64,000 nt of DNA from Mantamonas sphyraenae STR306 (Eukaryota; Protista; CRuMs). The stretch is taken from NCBI GenBank assembly GCA_026936335.1, contig JAPMXV010000059.1, positions 268,105 through 332,104 of the forward strand, written 5' to 3'. Below are positions 36,513 through 47,400 of this stretch, piece by piece (position 1 is the first letter of the stretch; the number at the start of each line of letters is the position of its first letter). A program made the position numbers and the translations under genes. The notes beneath the pieces were generated by a model. It had not been told where the DNA came from, did not search any database, and worked only from the letters and a program-made list of their open reading frames with translations.

Positions 36513-36747
36513 CTCAGGGGTTGGCAAAGGGGTGTGCGGAAAAGGTGGGTGACGGTGGGCAGAGGGAGATTGTGAGTGGGGCGAGAGAGGGAGGGAGATT
36601 GTGCAATGGTGTACGGCACAAACGGATGGTTGGTTGAAGTTGGCGGATGTGTGGGGTGGTGTTTGTGGAAGTTGGCCGTCAAAGGCGAGGGTGTTTGCTG
36701 CGCCGACGTGGGCATCCAAAACCAACTTCGGTCAAAACATCAAAAAC

Positions 36748-37101
36748 ATGGTCAAGCTTAAGCTCACATACAACGACGACAAGCGCCGCCTGACGGTGCA
36801 CGACGACGTGTCGTTCAACTCTCTGGTGAACCAGGTGCGTTGTTGTTTTCCCGAACCATTTTTTCCGCAAACGCCGCAGCCAAGGTGGAATTCCCCTCTG
36901 CCCGGGCCCCTGCGTGGGGCACGGAAGTGTGGATGACGTATGCATGTGCAGCATGGGGTGTGTGGTGTGCGTGTGGTGTGTGTTCATGTTTGCGTGTGCA
37001 GTGCAAGGTTCTTTGATCTGCAGGGTGTGCGTACACGACAAAGAAGGGCCACAACGGCCCCTTTTCTTTGATGAAAACGACGTCAACACAAACGCCGCCA
37101 A

Positions 37102-37134
<33 letters not shown>

Positions 37135-37797
37135 CACGTACATACGTACGCAGACACGTGTGCACTTGCTCGCGCGTGTCTGCATGTGCATGGTTGCTGC
37201 GGAGGATGTGGAGAGGTGGGTGCAAGGGCACTGACACAGAAAATCGTGCGCTCAACTCAACAGGTGTCGGTGGTGTTCCAGCTGGGCAACACTGGCTTCA
37301 CCGTCAAGTACCAGGATGAGGATGGCGATCTGTGCACGCTGACCAACACCGATGAGCTGAACGAGGCCATCCGCTATGCCAACGAGCTCGACGGCACCCT
37401 GCGCGTGACTGTGATCGCAGGTGGGGAGAGCTCCAGCAACAACTCCAGCTCCAGCAACAGCGTGGATCGCTCGCGCGAGGAGGAGATCGAGTTCCAGAAG
37501 GCCATGGAGGAAGAGTCCCGCCTTCGCCAGGAGGCTCTGGAGGAGGCCAAGGCCTACGCCGAGCAGATGTCTCTGGAGGCTGTCGAGCGTGCCCAGGAGG
37601 TCGCTGATGCCGAGGCCCAGGCCGACGCCGCAGAGACCGAGTCGGCTGTGCTGACCGACACGGCCGCCAAGGCTCAGGAGGAGGCCGCACGTGCCAAGGC
37701 CAAGGCCGACGCACTCAAGGCTGAGGCTGAGCGTGCTGGACGCGAGGCCGAGGAGGCTGCCAACCTCGTGGCTGCCCTGATGCTGCAGGAGGACTAA
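36748..37797 (+). CDS. Small PB1-domain + coiled-coil protein, paralogue C (~206 aa)
   Basis: Exons 36748-36834 and 37264-37797; exon 2 is nearly identical to paralogue A exon 2 in inverted orientation. Confidence 0.87.
37100..37137. repeat. (CA)n microsatellite in the paralogue C intron
   Basis: Read directly from the sequence. Confidence 0.9.
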
Positions 37798-37876
37798 GTG
37801 GAATGAATGGAGGACTTTGATGATTGCATTACAACCAACAACACGTTTGTTCAGTTGGTCAGTTCGCAGTCGCAGT

Positions 37877-38893
37877 TCATGTGCAAAAATTAGGGCCATC
37901 CCATCCTGGCTGGAGATGCAGACTGCAAGCACAGGTAAACGCACGCATGTCGTAGTGATTGGCCATAAAGGTAAACACTGCGGCGCCGAGCGAAAAGATG
38001 TGCCAGAGGTTGTGTGAGTTGAGCGCGAGATCCCACTTGCCCGGTGCTGTGACCTCGGGCCAGCGCTTGGAATTGACGAGACCACCGCAGAAGAAGCACA
38101 TGAAGCCTGCAAGGTGGTAGGAGAGAGCCACGGAACGGTAGTCTTCCCAGCGATGGAGGACGGCGTAGCAGAGGATCCAAAACAAGTTGCGGGCGACAAC
38201 ATGTGGGCCCAGGGCCACAAAGCGACCTTTGACGTCGGTGGCGGTGATGGACTTGTACAGAGCCACCACGGATTCGATGCCAAAGGCAACCAGGAAGAGT
38301 TTGTAAAAGGTGTCGTCGGCGGAGGAGCACTGGTAGCCGTACTTGAGCATGGGCAGGGCGCTGCCTGTGATGCCAATCCAAACGCCCAGCACGTCCGAGT
38401 TGAGCAGAAACAGGTACTCGCTTGGCGTGCGTGTGGCCGGCATGTACAGGTGGTAGACGACGGAGCCGCAGAGGTTGAGAGCCATGCAGCTGGTGCCAAT
38501 GGACAAGAGGGTGCAGTGGTGCATGAGAGTGGCCCACAGGGATCCCTTCCACGTAAAGGCACACTCCAGAGACTGCCAATCCCACACGACGAGGCCCATG
38601 AGGATCAAGGAGCCAATCAGGTGGCTCCAAACGTTGAACGTCTCGTTGTGCAAGCGAGCAATGGATCGTGAGCACTCGTGGATGCCGCCAATGCAAGGGC
38701 GATATCCGTGCAGAATGTACTTGTTGAACTGCAACCACGGCGGCATCTGCTTCCAGCTCTGGTTGACGCGGGAGTCGACAAACGCTTCTGGGTGGTTCAG
38801 CTCTTGCTTCCTGACGGCGCGCTGTGCGCTGGCGCGCCGTGCGGCCTCAGGCACGTGCAAATCGCTGTTGGCGTGGAATTGGAAGCCCCCCAT
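37877..38893 (-). CDS. PAQR / haemolysin-III family membrane protein
   Basis: Motifs PPWLQFNKYILHGYR, HNETFNVWSHL, SVVYHLY, D.LG, RWPE...PGKWD...NSHNLWHIF. Confidence 0.92.
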   Translation of the reverse strand: MGGFQFHANSDLHVPEAARRASAQRAVRKQELNHPEAFVDSRVNQSWKQMPPWLQFNKYILHGYRPCIGGIHECSRSIARLHNETFNVWSHLIGSLILMGLVVWDWQSLECAFTWKGSLWATLMHHCTLLSIGTSCMALNLCGSVVYHLYMPATRTPSEYLFLLNSDVLGVWIGITGSALPMLKYGYQCSSADDTFYKLFLVAFGIESVVALYKSITATDVKGRFVALGPHVVARNLFWILCYAVLHRWEDYRSVALSYHLAGFMCFFCGGLVNSKRWPEVTAPGKWDLALNSHNLWHIFSLGAAVFTFMANHYDMRAFTCACSLHLQPGWDGPNFCT

Positions 38894-39077
38894 GACTGTG
38901 GCAGCGTGGAGGCAGTCCAGAGATTGGTTGGGGGGCTGCGAGGGAAGCCGTCAAGGCGCCCTCTTTTCCTTTCGCGACACTGCAAGACGAGGAAGCGCCT
39001 GACGGCATACTTGCGCCTGTGGGTGCATATAGAGTGGCGAAAAACATGGCCGGCAAACGATTTTGTTTGCAGTCCCA

Positions 39078-39287
39078 TCACCACCAATCGCGGGAGCCGA
39101 GGCCCGCATCAGACATGTCGCCGACAACAACCATGGGCGGCATGGTGAGTTCCTTTTGAAAGTGAAACACCAACTGGCGGAGAAAGTCTGCCTCCTCCTC
39201 AGCAGTAGGCATCAGGCCACCTCGTGGGCGACCAGGGATCAGCTGCGTCCCAGTGCTGCTTCCCTTTCCGCTCCTTGACGAACCCGA

Positions 39288-39326
<39 letters not shown>

Positions 39327-40092
39327 ACTACTGCTACTTGTGCTTGCGCTCAGGTCTGCGCTTTCGTCGTTGCTCTTGTCGTAAAAATACTGCACGGACT
39401 GAATGCGCACAGTGTACGAGGTGTCCACGTCGTAGAACAGCTCTACCCCAGTGCTCACGGGCCATTTCCACACCTTGCCTTCGCCTTCACTGTCTTCCAC
39501 ACTTTGGCGGGCGCATGGACACAAAGCACGTGGCGGTCGGGGTGCGTGTGTCAGTGCTCTGTTCCTAAACGCGGCGGCGGCGCGGTTTCGCGGGATCAGC
39601 GCCACGCTCACGCGCATACGCATGCGCACACCTGGCACGTACTACTCCGTCGTATCTGGAAGGTTGTAAAAGGGCACGTAGATGTTGTTGAACATATTGC
39701 AGGAGACTGTGTGCGGTGTCGCCGGGAGGCGGGAAACGCCCGACGTGTCAGAGCAAACGGCGGCGGCACAACGGGGAACAGCAGATAAGGAACGCACACT
39801 TCATGCCCAGCTCGCAGACTTCCAGCAGTTCGAATGTACACAGTTCGCGAGGGAAGGGCATGAAGGAAAGGAGGGTGAAGGTGGCCTCTATGAAGCCGCC
39901 GCCCGTGTTGGGGTGGAAGAAGCACTCGCCGACGTGGTCCAAGGACCACAGTTCGATACACAGGCCCTTGTCGGGCACCACCCGGTTGCCATAGTCGTAG
40001 TTGACCTGCTCCTCCACCGCCTGGAGCAGTGGACGGCCCAGGTACTTGGCCTTGATGCGCAACGTCTGCTTGAGCTGGACGAGCACAAACAT
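39078..40092 (-). CDS. POLR3H: RNA polymerase III subunit RPC25/RPC8
   Basis: Exons 40092-39798, 39706-39643 and 39501-39078. MFVLV...NRVVPDKGLCI; VWKW; C-terminal VVGDMSDAGLGSRDWW; long poly-Ser insert. Confidence 0.88.
39287..39337. repeat. (CTG/CTA)n trinucleotide run encoding poly-Ser in POLR3H
   Basis: Read directly; similar AGC poly-Ser runs occur near 17921-17953, 21471-21501 and 27932-27958. Confidence 0.85.
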
Positions 40093-40156
40093 TTGGCTTG
40101 GTTGCAGTGAGGGTTGACGTGTGCTGGCTGGGTAGCTGTGCAAGTTTTCATTCGGC

Positions 40157-41705
40157 TCACTTGAGCGGCTCTGCGCTCTCTTCCACAAACAGCAACGTCT
40201 GCTTGGTGTTGTCGGCCCACTTTGCGATGCGCTCGGTCATGACGGTGATCTGACTCTTGTTGAGCACGCGTGGCTGAATCCAGGTGATGTGCACGGTCTG
40301 GTCAACCTCGTCGATGACACCCTTGATGAGCTTGAGGGACAAGGCGCGCATGAGCAGCCACTCGACGTCGCTGACGCCCTGCTGGGTGGTGTCTGCAATC
40401 TCGGCAAAGCTGAGCAGCCACTGGGAACGGTCGCGCTGGAAGACGAGCTCCAGCAAGGCCAGCAGGAGAATCTTTTCGCGCAGTGCGTCCAATGAGCCTC
40501 CTGCCGCCAGTCCCTGTGCGTGATCGTCCAGCATCCCCTTGAGCGAGTCGGTGAGCGAGTCAAACTGTTCGATGTTGCCCGCGTTGAATGCCTTGAGGGC
40601 GTCGACCAGCCAGCTGTTTTCTGTGTCTGCAAGGGTGTCCAGCACGGGGTGCAGCAGCAGCTCACCAAAGTTGTAGATGGAATCCGAGACGAGGGCGGCC
40701 ACGGCCAGGTCGCGTGCGATCTCCTGGTGGCGGTGCAGCGGCATTCCCTCCAGATCGACAAACGCAAGGTACAGGAGCGAGTCACGGTAAAACTGCGACG
40801 GCTTGCCCACATGCCGGTAGTACTTGGAGCTTGTGAGGTAAAAGTTGGCCGAGATGGCGTTGTCCACTCCGCTCGACGACTGCACAAACTTGCGGCAGTC
40901 ATCCAAAGCGTTGCGGCATCCAGCTGCGTCGTCCAGCTCGAGCTGCGGGGAGGCGTGTGACGCGTGATAGCCAGATGTGGCGGTGCGGGGTGGCGGGTAA
41001 GCGGCCGGGCAGGAGCGGTGGAGCGGTGAGAGTGGGGGGATGGCGTGCGGGAGGGCAAGAGCTCACCTTGAGCTGAGCCAGCTGCATGTCCAGGAACAGG
41101 AACGGCTGCCTTTTGTCTGCCACCTTGTCCTGTACGTTGGTCAGGAAGGCAATGGCCTCGTTGGTGTCCTCTGGTGGTGTGGCGGCGTGCCGTAAGAGCG
41201 CGTGTGCGGAAGGAGTGTCAGCGTCGACGGAACCCGCCAATTCCGGCGGCTCTCCTGCTCTGCCGTGCCGCACGTCCCGTGTTTGCTACACTCACCATAC
41301 TGCTTGGACACGGGCACTGTGATCTGTGCCAGGCTGAGCTTGTTGATGTTCTTCTCAAAGTTGGACACAAAGCCATTGTACAGGTCGATGAGATCGGTGC
41401 CGCTCTCAAACTGCTCGCGCTGCACGTACTCTAGCAGCTGCACCGTCAGCTGGTGGTACTGCCTGTTGCCATCCGTGTGCCACAAGGCAAGTTGGCGCAC
41501 GTGCGTTGCGTGGCCCACGCATGCCATGGTGCGTGTGTAGCGTGCGTGTGGGAGGAGTGTTGCTGTGTGAGCCAAAAATGCCGCCTTCCATTCACTTTCC
41601 AACTCGCTCGCGTTTCACGCACTTGTTCTGGAACAGCTCGCCCATCTCGCGGAGCAACTCTTCATCCTCGGGAAACTTTGTGGCGAGTTCATTCAGGACG
41701 TCCAT
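40157..41705 (-). CDS. PSMD13: 26S proteasome lid subunit RPN9
   Basis: Exons 41705-41623, 41462-41296, 41170-41067 and 40942-40157. Motifs YHQLT, LY..FV..FE..IN.L.L, IYNFGELLLHP, VEWLLMRALSLKLIKG.IDEV...V.ITWIQPRVL. Confidence 0.95.
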
Positions 41706-41780
41706 GGCGGTTCGGGTTGCTGCAGGATGTGCTGTGTGCAATCGGGCAGGGCGAACGTCCGCTCACTCACGCACACAGGC

Positions 41781-43424
41781 CTACTCTGCCATGCAGACCG
41801 TCTTCATCTCGGTGTAAAAGTCGATGGAGTAGTCTCCACCTTCGCGGCCGACGCCGCTAGCCTTGACGCCGCCAAAGGGCACTCGCAGATCGCGCATCAT
41901 CCACGTGTTGATCCAAACCGTGCCCGTGTGCAGCGAAGCCGCGACACGGTTGGCACGACGGATGTTTTCTGTCCACACAGTGGCACTCAGGCCGTACTTG
42001 ACGTCGTTGGCCATCTCGAGCGCCTCCTCTTCGGTGTCAAACGGCACTACGGTCACGACGGGCCCAAAGATCTCGTTCTGACACACAGGATCGCTGTTGG
42101 ACAGACCAGTGATAATGGTAGGCGCCACAAAGTAGCCCTCTGCAAGCTCGCCGTCCAGGAGGACGCGTTCGCCGCCGCACTCCACGGTGCCCCCGTTCTC
42201 CTTGGCCATTTCGATGAACGAAAGCACCTTTTCCATGTGCGGTTTGCTGTTGAGCGCACCCACCTTGGTCTCTGGGTCCTTGGGATCGCCCACCGTCCAC
42301 GACTGGGCACCCTTGACAAACGCAGCCAGAAAGTCGTCGTAGATGTCGCGTTGCACAAAGATGCGCGAGCCACACAGGCAAATCTCACCCTGGTTGGTGA
42401 ATGAGGAGCGCAGCGTGGTGGCCACGGCCTTGTCAAAGTCGCAGTCGGCAAAGATGAGGTTGGGATTCTTGCCGCCCAGCTCCAGGCTCAATTTCTTGAA
42501 GTTCTTGGCCGAGTCGCGGATGATATGTTCCGCCGTGGCCGTGCCTCCCGTAAAGGAGATGAGCGGCACGTCCGGGTGCTGGACCATGGCAGCACCGGCC
42601 TTTGCGCCGAGACCCATGACGATGTTGCACGCGCCGGGCGGCAGCTCGCTTTCCTGAAGCACCTCGGCCAACAGGTGGGCAGTCAGCGACGTGAGTTCAG
42701 AAGGCTTCCACACCACCGTGTTCCCGGCTGCAATAGTGGAGTGGTTCGTGTGAGCAAGGCGTTGCGGTTTTTCGGGAGGGGTGTGTGGGTTTCCGCCGAC
42801 GTACTGGCCAGTGCAGGAGCAATCTTCCATGTGCCCAGATACAAAGGGAGGCTGGGAAGGTATGTGGGGGGCACGGTGGCGTGCACAAAGGGTGGGGGAG
42901 TGGTGGGGTGGTGGGGTGTCAGCACGGGGCCGCTTGACGTGCAACGCACGCAGCGCTTACTTCCACGGAGAGATGAGGCCAGCCACACCGACAGGATGGC
43001 GCGTGACGTAGTTGATGGCCTTGCCCTCAAGGACGGTGCACGGGGTTTCTGTGTGCAGGATGGCAGTGGCAAAGAAGCGAAAGTTGTACACGGCTCGAGG
43101 GATGTCCACCTGCTTGGCCAGCCACACGGGCTTGCCCTGGTCCTTGCTTTCGGCCTCGGCAAACTCGTCGAGGCGCTCCTCGATGCGACTGGCAATGTCA
43201 AGCAGGATGCGCGAACGCTCCTCCTTGTTGACGGCCGACCACTCCTTGAACGCAGCCTTGGCCGCTTCCACGGCCTTGTCCACGTCCTCCTCACCCGAGT
43301 CGGGCACCAGGCAGAACACTTTGCCTGTGGAAGGGTTGTATCCGTCCAAGTAGTCGCCTCCTAGGGGCGCCACTTGCTCGTTGTTGATGTAGTTCGCCAG
43401 CACTTGCGGTTCCGAACTCGACAT
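41781..43424 (-). CDS. ALDH8A1: 2-aminomuconate-semialdehyde dehydrogenase (ALDH8 family)
   Basis: Exons 43424-42961, 42851-42805 and 42727-41781. Family-typical motifs DIPRAVYNFRFFA, ISPWNLPLYL.TWKIAPA, SLELGGKNP, NQGEICLCGSR, RDLRVPFGG.K.SG.GREGG. Confidence 0.9.
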
Positions 43425-44403
43425 GGTGGGGATAGATTGGCGCGATTGGCGCTGGGCACGTTTCACAGTCATTGCCATGTGGTGCATGATGTGGAGAGAT
43501 GGAGAGAGAGAGAGAGAGCTGGGCACAGGGCCATACCTTGCGCTGGGGCAGGCATTGTTTTCGGTTCACAAAAACGCACGTGAAGGTTGGTTTGCCTTTT
43601 TGCCGTTGTTCCCACACCCTCGACGTTGTGGATGTCCCTCCCTTGTGTGTGATCTTTCTCCGTGTGCATGTAGGCATTGGCATGCTGTTTGGTACGGTGG
43701 GTACTGCTCTCCGTGGGCAACGCGTGCCGCCGTGTAGCCAGAGGGTTCAAAATGGAAAGACATTCCCAGGAACCGGAGCGCGGGCCATCGCCGGCAACGA
43801 AGGCATGCTGGATCAACAGTGTCTGCGTGCATGGTATTATATACATGAAACACAGCGTTCCGGTGGTCGCCGTCGCCCTTGGCCATCCTTGTAGCCTGGT
43901 TGAAGAGGCAGGGAGTGATTCCACCCCAGGATGTCCCGTGTTCCATTTCCCGGCACGGCACCACAACGGCCAGACATCCTGCTAGAGGTGTGCTGTGCAT
44001 GCTCTGTGGCCATGCGTCCCTGCTCGCACGTGGGCATGCGCGACGTGTGTGCCACGTGTGTTGTTCTGCTCCGCTTGGTGGAATTTGAAAAGTCGGGCAA
44101 GAAAATGGGCAAGTGCTCGTCTGGTCACACGGCGCGTTTGCCCCCCTTTTCTCTGCATATGCTTCGTGGCGCACTGTCATAATGTGATCTCGGCATCGCC
44201 ACACACCCTCTGGTTTTACACTGGGTGCATTGTGGGTCCTGCGCATGCCCCCTTCATGGAGCCGGATATCGAAAAGAGAATCGCCTCGATTCTTCCAACG
44301 CCTTTGCCCGACATTCCTCCAAAAAAACTGACCCCCGGCTCTCAACGCGTCCGTGCACCCAGTCTTGACCTCCCCAAGGTCGCTGCAACCACACACACGC
44401 GCC

Positions 44404-47400
44404 ATGAGCATCTCGAGACACAACTCTGTTTCGACAATCAGCTTGAGCCGTGTGGGTGATGTTCGGGAAACGACATCAAACCAAACGGCGGCCCTCGCTT
44501 TGGGCAGCACGTACACGTCCTGGATTGACCGCGTCGGTGCATTCTTTGCTGCATCCAAGCGCTCCCTCTTCCAAGTGGTCTTTCTCCTCATGAAGGAGGA
44601 CCAGATGTCTGCGCGTGCGCTTATGCTGCTCTCGCTTGTGGTGGAACATCTGCAGTTTCTTCTCTTTTTTGTCTCTCCCTCCCTCATTCCTGTGGGCATG
44701 CAGAACAGCCCCATCTACACGACTCTCTACCAGATATCACTGGCTTTCAACGTACAGTCGATACTCGGCACGGGCGACACCTTTTGGAGCCTGTTTTGGT
44801 TTGCAAGCACGGTGGTTCTCGTCACCCTTGCTTTGCTCGCCTATCTCGTCGTGGCGGTCCATCGCGACATGTACATTTTCCTGTCGGTGCTTAAGCTTCT
44901 GCGCCTGTCTGTCAACCTGTTGTCCAGCGTCCTGTACCTGCCGTTTGTGCGCACGCTTATTCACAGCTTTCTCTCGGCGCAGCAGACCGCCCACAGCGGC
45001 GTCGTTGCTGCCGTGTGCATTTTGACTCTGTTTATCGTCGCCACCGTTTCCAAGGGTGTCTACTTTGACAACATCTATCGCGCGGGCACGGCGTCAGCGC
45101 GTCCACACGGCCGCGTCGACATCGCATGGGTGCTGCTGCGCACTGTGCTCGTCATCTTCTTTACGGTGGCACCTGTCATTCCTGGCGAACCCATGGTCAT
45201 CAGCATCGCCCTTGCCATCACCCTTCTCGTCGGCTCCATTGCCATGTTGGCTATGCGAGCCTTTCTGATGCCCTACTACGAGCGGTCGACGAACGAACTC
45301 GCCGTCGCTCTCTCGGCCCTTCTCGTCTGGGGCTCCCTGACGTCGCTCGTGGCCATGGCTTCACCTACAATGTCCTTTGTTGTGGTGGCCATCCTCCTTC
45401 TCGTGGGCTCGATCCTCCTCAGCATCTTGGGGGGTGTAGCCGCACGCTACTGGTTCACCTGGTACTTTCTCGATGCCCTGCGCACTCCTGTGCCGCAGAT
45501 GGTCTGGAAAGCGGGCATGTTGACCATGTATGTACAACGCACGCACCGTCAGCAGGCAAGGTTCAAGCAATCCGACTACGCTGCCCCCGTGTCCACCCAT
45601 TCACAGCACACCCTTTCCTCCGCCATGGACCCTGCATTTGGTGACTCCATCCGTGGCACCGATATCAGCGGCATCCAACTGGCGGCCATGTCCACGCCAG
45701 GCGCAGGGAACGCGCATGCGTCCATGGTTGGCGGCGCAGCTGCTCTGAGCACACCGGCAAGTATGGCCCGCGTCGCAAACGCTACCGCGTCACACACTGT
45801 CACTGTGGACAACCTATCCGACCAACAGTTTGCACGTTTGGCCATCGAGGCCGGCGACCCAGGCACGGACACAGTGTATGTCAACGGCAATGCGCTGCGG
45901 CTGCGCTCCGTGTACCATGTGGAGCTGTTTGCACGCATCCTGATGCACGACGAATCCGGGTTTGTGCGCGAGAACGTGCGCAACTTTTATGCCGCATCCA
46001 TGGTGCAGTTTCCGCGCTCACCCTACCTTCTCCTCTCGTATGCACGCTTCCTCGAGTGCCAAGAGAGTGCCTCCTGCCAACAGGAAGCCATCGCTGTGTA
46101 CGAGAAGCTGGAACGGCTCGACAAGGTTGGCGTGGACATTGAGTTTTTCTGCTACGCAGCCCTGCGCGTGCGCAAGCGCAAGACCATGTCCTTGGCTCTG
46201 CAAGGCACCTCGGACGACGGCGGCTCTCGCGACCTGGGAGTCGTGGCCCATCTGGAGCTGCAGCAGAATCTCAGCAAGGCCAAGGATGCACACTTTCGCA
46301 CTCTGCGCCACCTGCACAGCTTCTGGCAGATGCTGCTGGCCGACGAGGTCAACTTGCACTCGCTGGAGACATGCATGCACCGCATCGTGGCTGCCCAGAA
46401 GAGTGCACATGCGGCGTTTTCCACTCTGGTGCAGCAGTACCCCAAAGCACCTCGTATCCTGCGTGCCTACTCACGCTTTGTGTCGGAAGTGCGCAGTGAC
46501 GTGGCCACGGCCCAGAGTTTCATGCGCCTTGCCGACCAGTACGAGCAAGCGCAGCAAGCACAACAGCGCACAAACCACCAGGCCTTTGGCGCCGAGTTTT
46601 CCGAGCTGCGCGCAAAGACCAGTGTCTCGCTTGCCGTGTCCAGCTCGGGCGCCATCAAAGCCGGGCGCAACCTGGGCATCCTCAACTACGTCGAAGACGA
46701 GCTGCTCGAAGCCCAACTGGCTTTTCTGGTGCCACATGCCACTTCGCTGGACTCTGTAGTGGGGCTGATGATGCTGACCAATGTTGGCGCACAAGAGGTT
46801 GTTGTGCTGGACTCGCGAGGCACTGCGCTGCAGATGGACATCGCTGCGCATCGCCTGGAGGTCACCTCGGCGTCCACCGACATGCGATCGTTGTTCCGGC
46901 AGCAGCAGCTTTTCAACGTCAACTTGTCCCTTGTGGAGCAGTGGCGTGACCCCGTTCTGTTTGCGTCGGTGACTGTAGACGACGACGGCGAGGATGTGGT
47001 GAACGACTTTGCGTCGCAGCCGTCCGTGGCGACAGGCATGGGCGAACAAGGTGGCTACGACGACGACGACACACTCGGCGCTGTGATTGTGGGCGTGACA
47101 CGATCGCTACGTACCATCCTGAAGATGAGCGCACGCCGCCTGAACGGCTCCACGCTGAACTCGTACGTGTCGGATGCCACGGGCACCACAGGGCCCGAGT
47201 CGGCATTGTACAAGGCCTTGCAGCGTCTGACTCGCGGCAGTGCCAGCAGCAACGCGAGCGAAGACGTGTATGTGCGAGTAAAGTCGCGCACAGGCTATGT
47301 GACCGCGCGTGCAAACGTGTCCATGATGGCCATGCAGCGGGTTGTACGCATGCGTCTGTCCAAGATAGACCGTGTGCAGGCTGCCGACCCGACCACGACG

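Noticed and set aside
29808-37797. Composite transposon with terminal inverted repeats
   Set aside because: The inverted repeats are coding exons of paralogues; no transposase or target-site duplication seen.
43566-44714. 382-aa minus-strand ORF across the long spacer
   Set aside because: No motifs, atypical composition, and it overlaps the TmcB-like gene antisense.
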